A stretch of DNA of 42,025 nt, taken from contig JAYENX010000022.1 in the NCBI GenBank assembly GCA_034722435.1, positions 1 to 42,025 of the forward strand. The letters run 5' to 3'. The stretch comes from Nanobdellota archaeon (GTDB lineage: Archaea > Nanobdellota > Nanobdellia > Woesearchaeales > JAHWHD01). The notes under the pieces were generated by a model, which saw nothing but the letters and a program-made list of their open reading frames with translations, was not told the origin of the DNA and made no database searches. How positions within the stretch are numbered: position 1 is the stretch's first letter; every line of letters begins with the position of its first letter. The position numbers were made by a program, and so were the translations under genes. Below, piece by piece: positions 36,103-42,025 of the stretch.

Positions 36103-36132
36103 TTTATTCAATACCTAATTTGTTGTTGAGAT
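36103..36132. repeat. 30-bp perfect direct repeat, copy 2 (3' end of the lipoprotein gene)
   Basis: Identical to 35404-35433; on the minus strand encodes the last codons LNNKLGIE and the stop. Confidence 0.95.
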
Positions 36133-36580
36133 ACGCCTCTGCGAGTCCGTAGGAGTTAGTTCTTATGAGTTTGTTAGTGTCTTGAAAATGATAATAGTGT
36201 ATTATTTGGTCGTGAGGTGCGAGTTCTTGGACTGACACTACGGGTTTATCGTTAATCAGATAAATTCTACCATCCATAGATTTAAGAGATTTAACAACAC
36301 TGAAGCTAGTAGAATGTATTATTGCAAGTTCTTCATAAAATATATCGTTATGTGGTGGGCCGGAACTTCCTTTATTATATCTATACAGTTCAACAGATCT
36401 TTGTTTTGTTATAGGTGCCTCCACGCTATTAAGAGTGGCTTTATCCTCTAGCTTGAAGACTCTGGCTGATGCTGAATCAGGTCTTACAGGGTCTGAAGCA
36501 ATATCATCAGAGTTTACTTTAAATGTACAACTCGCTACCAAGAATAAGACCAATAATAGTGCTATTACCTCTTTTTTCAT
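36104..36580 (-). CDS. Putative lipoprotein
   Basis: MKKEVIALLLVLFLVASC lipobox-like signal peptide. Confidence 0.7.
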   Translation of the reverse strand: MKKEVIALLLVLFLVASCTFKVNSDDIASDPVRPDSASARVFKLEDKATLNSVEAPITKQRSVELYRYNKGSSGPPHNDIFYEELAIIHSTSFSVVKSLKSMDGRIYLINDKPVVSVQELAPHDQIIHYYHFQDTNKLIRTNSYGLAEAYLNNKLGIE

Positions 36581-36676
36581 TTCAGGACATATAAATGGAT
36601 TTCTATTTAAAAATGTTTAGATTTATAACATAAAGAACAATAAAACTTATAAAGTTAAGATTTTGTTTTTTGTTAG

Positions 36677-39199
36677 ATGGTAGACGTAGTTGGTATAGGA
36701 AATCCCTTGATAGATATTCTTGTGAATGTTGAAGAAGATATCTTGCAAAGGTTTGAACTTAAAAAAGGTATTATGCACCTTGTTGATAAAGAAAAAAGCG
36801 AACTAGTATATTCTTCGTTTGATAAAAACAGTCTTAAGATATCTCCAGGAGATTCAACTGCTAACACTTTAGCAGGTATTGCTAATCTTGGCGGAAATGT
36901 AACTTTCTTCGGAAAGATTGGACAGGATGAGTTCGGAAAATACTATAAAGATGATTTGATTAAAAGTAATGTTAAACCGTGTTTAGCAATAGGTGAGGGC
37001 GTAACTGGAAAAGTTATCAGCCTTATAACTCCTGACACTGAAAGGACAATGGTGACACACCTAGGCGTGGCTTGCGGTTTACAGAAACAGGAAATAATTG
37101 AAGAAGAAATAGTTAACAGTAAATTCTTACACTTAACAGGGTATCAACTTGAAGAACCTTTACTTAAAGAGACTGCTTTTCGGGCAATGCAGATTGCTAA
37201 AGATCATGGCGTAAAAATATCTTTGGATTTGGCTGACCCCGAACTTGTTAAAAGAAATGTGGCAAGCCTTAAAACGATACTTGAAGAGTTTATTAACATT
37301 GTATTTGCTAATGAAGAAGAAGCAAAAGCTTTGACAGGTCTTGAACCTGAACAAGCAGTTGAAGAGATATCTAAATTAGTTGATATTGCAGTTGTAAAAA
37401 TAGGTAAAGAGGGTAGCTTTGTAAAAACAAAAGGTGGACTTTACAGAATTGAAGGATTTGTTGTTGATGCGGTTGACACTACAGGTGCAGGTGACATGTT
37501 TGCAGCAGGTTTTCTTTATGCACTTTCTAACGGAGAGAATGTTGAAATGGCTGGAAAAATGGGTAGTTATGTAGCTTCAAAAGTTGTGAATGGTATAGGC
37601 GGAAGATTGAAAGAGAAGATTGACATTTCAGTGTTAAAAAATAACAAACCAACTAGTAAAAACAATAGTGTTACTAATGATGATGAAGAAAATAATGATG
37701 TTAAAAAGAATAATGAAGCTAATAATAATAATAATAATAATGATGACAATGAAACAAATGAAAAAGGTGGTGGTGTTAATATGAACGAAACTGAAAATTA
37801 TAAAATCAAAGATATGAATCTTGCTGAATTTGGAAGGAAAGAGATTGGAATTGCTGAGAAAGAGATGCCGGGTTTAATGGCGATAAGAAAAAAACATGGA
37901 GATTCAAAACCTTTGCAAGGAGCAAAGATTATGGGTAGTTTACACATGACAATACAGACAGCTGTCTTAATCGAAACATTAGTTGATTTAGGTGCAGATG
38001 TTAGATGGGCTAGCTGTAACATTTTTTCCACACAAGACCATGCAGCGGCTGCAATAGCTAAAGCAGGTGTTCCAGTTTTTGCATGGAAAGGCGAAACATT
38101 AAAAGAATATTGGTGGTGTTCACAGAGAGCTTTAGATTTTAATGGTCAAGGACCTGACTTAATAGTTGATGATGGCGGAGATGCTACCATGATGGTTCAT
38201 AAAGGTGCAGAAGCTGAAAAAGATCCTTCATTATTTGATAAAGATTATAGCGGAGAGGGTGAAGACTTTCGTGAGTTAATAGCTTGCCTAAAAGAAGAGT
38301 ATGCAAAAGATAACCAGCGTTGGACTAAAGCTGCTGCAGGTATTAAAGGAGTTAGTGAAGAAACCACTACAGGAGTTCATAGGCTTTACCAGATGCTTGA
38401 TAGAGGAGAGTTAATGTTCCCAGCAATAAATGTAAACGATTCCGTTACAAAGAGTAAATTCGATAATGTGTACGGGTGCAGGCATTCACTTAACGATGGA
38501 ATTAAAAGAGCTATGGATGTTTTGATATCAGGGAAAACTACAATGATATGCGGTTTTGGTGATGTTGGTAAAGGTTCAGCTGCGTCAATGGCAAATGAAA
38601 AAGCTAGAATCTTAGTTTCTGAAATAGATCCTATATGTGCATTACAAGCTTGCATGGAAGGGTATAAAGTGTGTACTATTGAAGATGCTTTACCTATTGC
38701 GGATATTTATGTAAGTACCACAGGCAACAAAGACATTATCACTGCTGAGCATATGTCTAAAATGAAAGATCAAGCAATTGTTTGTAATATTGGACATTTT
38801 GATAATGAGATTCAGATGGCTGAGCTTGAAAGCTGGCCAGGAATTAAGAAAGAAGAGATTAAAGGAAGCGAGTGTCCAGTGCACAGATATACTTTCCCAG
38901 ATGGTCATTCAATCTATATATTAGCAGAAGGTAGATTAATTAATTTAGGATGTGCAACAGGTCATCCTAGCTTTGTCATGAGTAACTCGTTTGCTAACCA
39001 AACCTTAGCACAAATTGAGTTATGGACTAAAGAACACGAAGTTGGTGTTTACATGTTACCTAAAGAACTTGATGAAGAGGTTGCAAGACTTCACCTTTTA
39101 CAGCTAGGCGCTAAATTGACAGTAATGTCACAAGAACAAGCAGATTACCTTGGCGTGCCTGTGAAAGGACCATATAAATCTGAGCATTATAGGTATTAA
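36677..39199 (+). CDS. ahcY: Fusion of PfkB adenosine-kinase-like domain (aa ~1-320) and adenosylhomocysteinase (aa 369-840)
   Basis: Kinase: [45 protein letters not shown]. AhcY: [75 protein letters not shown]. Confidence 0.95.
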   Translation: MVDVVGIGNPLIDILVNVEEDILQRFELKKGIMHLVDKEKSELVYSSFDKNSLKISPGDSTANTLAGIANLGGNVTFFGKIGQDEFGKYYKDDLIKSNVKPCLAIGEGVTGKVISLITPDTERTMVTHLGVACGLQKQEIIEEEIVNSKFLHLTGYQLEEPLLKETAFRAMQIAKDHGVKISLDLADPELVKRNVASLKTILEEFINIVFANEEEAKALTGLEPEQAVEEISKLVDIAVVKIGKEGSFVKTKGGLYRIEGFVVDAVDTTGAGDMFAAGFLYALSNGENVEMAGKMGSYVASKVVNGIGGRLKEKIDISVLKNNKPTSKNNSVTNDDEENNDVKKNNEANNNNNNNDDNETNEKGGGVNMNETENYKIKDMNLAEFGRKEIGIAEKEMPGLMAIRKKHGDSKPLQGAKIMGSLHMTIQTAVLIETLVDLGADVRWASCNIFSTQDHAAAAIAKAGVPVFAWKGETLKEYWWCSQRALDFNGQGPDLIVDDGGDATMMVHKGAEAEKDPSLFDKDYSGEGEDFRELIACLKEEYAKDNQRWTKAAAGIKGVSEETTTGVHRLYQMLDRGELMFPAINVNDSVTKSKFDNVYGCRHSLNDGIKRAMDVLISGKTTMICGFGDVGKGSAASMANEKARILVSEIDPICALQACMEGYKVCTIEDALPIADIYVSTTGNKDIITAEHMSKMKDQAIVCNIGHFDNEIQMAELESWPGIKKEEIKGSECPVHRYTFPDGHSIYILAEGRLINLGCATGHPSFVMSNSFANQTLAQIELWTKEHEVGVYMLPKELDEEVARLHLLQLGAKLTVMSQEQADYLGVPVKGPYKSEHYRY
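37721..37741 (+). repeat. (AAT)7 in-frame microsatellite encoding poly-Asn in the inter-domain linker
   Basis: aataataataataataataat, read as NNNNNNN. Confidence 0.95.
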
Positions 39200-39215
39200 T
39201 TTATTTTTTCTTTTT
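39200..39215 (+). terminator. Oligo-T terminator candidate after the kinase-ahcY gene
   Basis: tttattttttcttttt directly after the TAA. Confidence 0.45.
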
Positions 39216-39344
39216 AATAAATTTTAATAAGAATTCTTAACTACAGTATTCATTAACACAGATGGATGAAATTTTCTAAATTATTATAAAACATATACAT
39301 TTATAAACTAAAACAGTAATTATTTTTTCATAGAGGTAACAGAG

Positions 39345-40358
39345 ATGAAAACATTAAAGTATGGCGCAGAGCAAGCAGTGAAGAATTGTGCGAAAGTTAA
39401 TTCTAAAGAACGAGTTGTTGTAATAACCGATATTGAAACGTTTAAAATTGGTTCAATGATTTCTAAAGAAGCTTTGAAAATCACTAATAATGTTCAACTT
39501 TATGTTATGGAAGATTATGGGAAAAGGACTGATAGAAACCCTTTAAAGTTTCCGAAAGAGATAGGGATGGCATTAAATCATGCAGATGTAAGTTTCTATG
39601 TTGCAGGCGGTAAAAAGGGAGAGATACAGAGTTTTAGAAATCCTATGCTAAACATAATTTCAAAAAGAGCTGCTAAAAAGAAAATCAGGCATATACACAT
39701 GATAGGTGTTAATGAGAAAATAATGAAAACCGGGATGGCAGTAGATTATAAAAAAGTTGCAAAGATGACTGCCAAGATTGCTAAGATTGTAAAAAAATCT
39801 AAACAGATAAGAGTTACAACCTCTGCAGGGACAGATTTTGTTACTACATTTTCACCAGACTATAAATGGATTGCTGTTGATGGTTCTTTCAAGATGGGTG
39901 AATGGAGCAATCTTCCAGACGGTGAAGTGTTTACGTGTGCTAAGAACTGTAATGGCATCATAGTTGTTGATGGTTTGCTGGGTGACTTTTTCGGTGCCAA
40001 ATATGGTATTATGAAAAATCAGCCTCTGATAATGTATATAAAAAATAGCAGAGTTGTAAAGTTTGAGTGTAAGAATAAAAAAATTCTAAGAGAGATAAAA
40101 GAATATTCTAAGATTGATAAGAATGCGAACAGGATAGGAGAGTTTGCAATTGGAACAAATATAGGTTTGAAAAAATTAGTAGGTATAATGGTTCAGGATG
40201 AAAAGTTCCCAGGGATACATGTAGCAATGGGTCACGGGTATTCTGAAGTAACAGGAGCTAACTGGAATAGTAAAGCACATCTTGATTGCGTTCTTTTGAA
40301 AACTACAATAGAAGTAGACGGAAAAATAATAATGAAAAAAGGTGAGTTTTTAGTTTAA
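39345..40358 (+). CDS. M29-type (thermophilic metalloprotease/aminopeptidase T-like) aminopeptidase
   Basis: NLPDGEVFT, IGEFAIGTN, DEKFPGIHVAMG, HLDCV; GAGGT RBS 6 nt before the ATG. Confidence 0.88.
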   Translation: MKTLKYGAEQAVKNCAKVNSKERVVVITDIETFKIGSMISKEALKITNNVQLYVMEDYGKRTDRNPLKFPKEIGMALNHADVSFYVAGGKKGEIQSFRNPMLNIISKRAAKKKIRHIHMIGVNEKIMKTGMAVDYKKVAKMTAKIAKIVKKSKQIRVTTSAGTDFVTTFSPDYKWIAVDGSFKMGEWSNLPDGEVFTCAKNCNGIIVVDGLLGDFFGAKYGIMKNQPLIMYIKNSRVVKFECKNKKILREIKEYSKIDKNANRIGEFAIGTNIGLKKLVGIMVQDEKFPGIHVAMGHGYSEVTGANWNSKAHLDCVLLKTTIEVDGKIIMKKGEFLV

Positions 40359-40381
40359 TTCTTAAAAATAAATAATAAATA

Positions 40382-41854
40382 TTATTGTTCAGGTTTCATT
40401 ATAGGGAATGGAAGAACGTCACGAATAGTTTCTGCGCCTGTAAGGATCATAATCATTCGTTCTACACCAACACCCATACCTCCAGCAGGTGGAAGACCTG
40501 TTTCGATAGCTTGCATGAAATCTTCATCCATGGGGTGTGCTTCTTCGTCACCTCCTCTGCCACGTTCTACTTGAAGATCCATAAGTTTTCTTTGTAGAAT
40601 CGGGTCAGTAAGTTCTGAATACCCGTTACCTATCTCCCAACCCATCATGTACGGTTCAACCCTTTCAACATGTTCATCGCTGTACTTAGTAGGTTTACAT
40701 AAAGGAGTTGATTCAATAGGATGGTCAAGAATGTGTGTAGGCTGGATTAATTTATCCTCTACAAGTTCTTCAAATAAAAGTTCAATCATCATACCCCTGT
40801 TAAGGTCCCCTTCAACGTCAATATTATAGGTAATTCTTAGATCAAACAATTCTTCGTCTGAGAGTTTATCAACGTCAATCTTTCCAAATTCTTTGATTGC
40901 GTCTTTCATAGTATAACGTTTCCAAGGCCTTTTTAGAGAAAGAATCGTATCTCCGTACTTGACTTCAGTAGTATCAAGAAGTTTCACGGCAACGTATTTC
41001 CAGAGTTCTTCAGTAAGTTCCATAACTTTCTCACGGTCAGCGTATGCCTGATAAAATTCAAGCATATAAAATTCAGGGTTATGCGTCTTATCAACACCTT
41101 CATTTCTGAAGTTATAGTTCATATCATAAACTTTTTCAAAACCGCCAACTACTAAACGTTTAAGGAATAGTTCAGGTGAAATCTTCAAGTACATCGGCAT
41201 GTCCCATGCATTAATCTGGGTAACAAAAGGTCTTGCATTCGCACCGCCGTATACTGTCTGTAAAATAGGAGTAGTCATTTCCAAGAAACCTTTCTCCTCC
41301 ATAAAATCTCTAATGTATTTCAGTATAAGTGACCTTTTTCTTAATGTCTCCCTCGTATCAGGGTTCATAATTAAATCAAGTTCTCTATGCCTGTAACGGA
41401 TCTCATCATCTTTTAGACCATGAAATTTTTCAGGTAAAGGTCTTAAAGATTTTGTTAATAATGATAATTCTTTAACGTAAATAGTTAGTTCGCCCCTTTT
41501 TGTCTTGAAGATGTGGCCAGTGACCCCTATTATATCTCCAAGATCGAGCAATTTGAAAAGTTTATAAGATTCTTCTCCAATGTCATCTTTACGGAAATAA
41601 AGTTGAAGATCTCCTTTTTGGTCTCGGATAGTTACGAATGCAGCTTTGCCCATGTCTCTTTTCAATAGAATACGTCCTGCAACTGATAACTTTGCTTTTT
41701 TATCATCTTCTCCAACCTTTAGCTGGTGATATTTATCAAGAATGTCTGTAGAGTGATGTTTATGGTCGTAAGTGTAGGGATAAGGGTCAACACCTAGTTC
41801 TCTTATCTTGCCGAGTTTATCAATTCTTTCCTGAATTAGTTTATCTTCTGTCAT
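40382..41854 (-). CDS. lysS: Lysine--tRNA ligase, class II
   Basis: VAGRI..KR.MGK..F, GDIIGVTG, LPEKFHGL, YGGANARPF, motif 2 FRNEGVDKTHNPEF, motif 3 GMGVGVER. Confidence 0.98.
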   Translation of the reverse strand: MTEDKLIQERIDKLGKIRELGVDPYPYTYDHKHHSTDILDKYHQLKVGEDDKKAKLSVAGRILLKRDMGKAAFVTIRDQKGDLQLYFRKDDIGEESYKLFKLLDLGDIIGVTGHIFKTKRGELTIYVKELSLLTKSLRPLPEKFHGLKDDEIRYRHRELDLIMNPDTRETLRKRSLILKYIRDFMEEKGFLEMTTPILQTVYGGANARPFVTQINAWDMPMYLKISPELFLKRLVVGGFEKVYDMNYNFRNEGVDKTHNPEFYMLEFYQAYADREKVMELTEELWKYVAVKLLDTTEVKYGDTILSLKRPWKRYTMKDAIKEFGKIDVDKLSDEELFDLRITYNIDVEGDLNRGMMIELLFEELVEDKLIQPTHILDHPIESTPLCKPTKYSDEHVERVEPYMMGWEIGNGYSELTDPILQRKLMDLQVERGRGGDEEAHPMDEDFMQAIETGLPPAGGMGVGVERMIMILTGAETIRDVLPFPIMKPEQ

Positions 41855-41879
41855 TTTATATAAAAGTAGTAAAGAAAGT

Positions 41880-41895
41880 GTATATAAATGTTACT
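41880..41895 (-). promoter_or_regulatory. BRE/TATA-type promoter candidate for lysS
   Basis: Minus strand agtaacatttatatac ~25 nt upstream of the ATG. Confidence 0.5.
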
Positions 41896-41940
41896 GCAAA
41901 AACCACAACATTTTTAATCTTAAATATAATTAATTTCAAT

Positions 41941-42025
41941 ATGTTCGTTAAACTTATGGATATTTTTGGAACAAAGACAAGAGCTTTAGAGATGTATGCA
42001 GTGTTTAAAGATGTAAAACCTGTTG
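41941..42025 (+). CDS. 5' end of a CDS truncated by the window edge
   Basis: ATG followed by an open frame MFVKLMDIFGTKTRALEMYAVFKDVKPV; upstream aacatttttaa promoter-like motif. Confidence 0.45.
   Translation, partial: MFVKLMDIFGTKTRALEMYAVFKDVKPV

Noticed and set aside
37640-37780. AAT/GAT repeats considered as a CRISPR array or VNTR locus
   Set aside because: Simple trinucleotide low complexity inside a reading frame; no repeat-spacer periodicity and no cas genes.
33790-39238. Palindrome aagaattctt after two genes (33790-33799 and 39229-39238)
   Set aside because: A 10-bp AT-rich palindrome occurring twice is plausible by chance at this base composition; no consistent position relative to promoters.
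1582-41396. Numerous 60-160 aa opposite-strand ORFs in the track (e.g. 16109..16582, 18893..19318, 21727..22101, 29478..29792, 30009..30419)
   Set aside because: They lie antisense to, or nested in, long motif-bearing genes and show the Ser/Leu/Phe/Ile bias expected of shadow frames.
1-42025. Alternative genetic code or CPR-bacterial origin
   Set aside because: TGA acts as a stop in many ATGA overlaps and conserved enzymes are full length in code 11; BRE/TATA-like promoters and KRGQ signal peptides favour an archaeon, though this is not proven.

Overview
AT-rich prokaryotic chromosomal segment that reads as a DPANN archaeon, most likely Woesearchaeota-like. This is an inference from recurring AAACATTTATAWA BRE/TATA-type promoters, GGTG-type ribosome-binding sites, KRGQ class III signal-peptide proteins, TSP1-like Cys motifs, and a mix of archaeal and bacterial-type housekeeping genes. 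Layout: (1) PIN-like ORF and metG; (2) a ~22 kb co-directional, mostly translationally coupled run (3444-25778) of large secreted and membrane proteins built as two paralogous modules, each ordered KRGQ pilin-like protein > giant Ig/Cys-rich protein > two variable genes > 6-TM protein; the second giant protein (2036 aa) ends in an intact M23 peptidoglycan-endopeptidase domain, and the run continues into eno and gpmI; (3) a second stand-alone M23, a retropepsin/RimK pair whose RimK has an AbrB-like tail, and a TPM-LemA locus interrupted by a homing-endonuclease-like gene; (4) a patchwork of small genes (HD, methyltransferases, Nudix, J-domain), with one HD gene flanked by a perfect 30-bp direct repeat and a candidate structured RNA; (5) an in-frame adenosine-kinase-like/S-adenosylhomocysteine hydrolase fusion, an M29 aminopeptidase and class II lysS. 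No rRNA, tRNA, CRISPR array or transposase was seen. Best candidates for an undescribed system are the duplicated surface apparatus carrying an M23 tip and the kinase-AhcY fusion. All family calls are from motif reading, not database searches.
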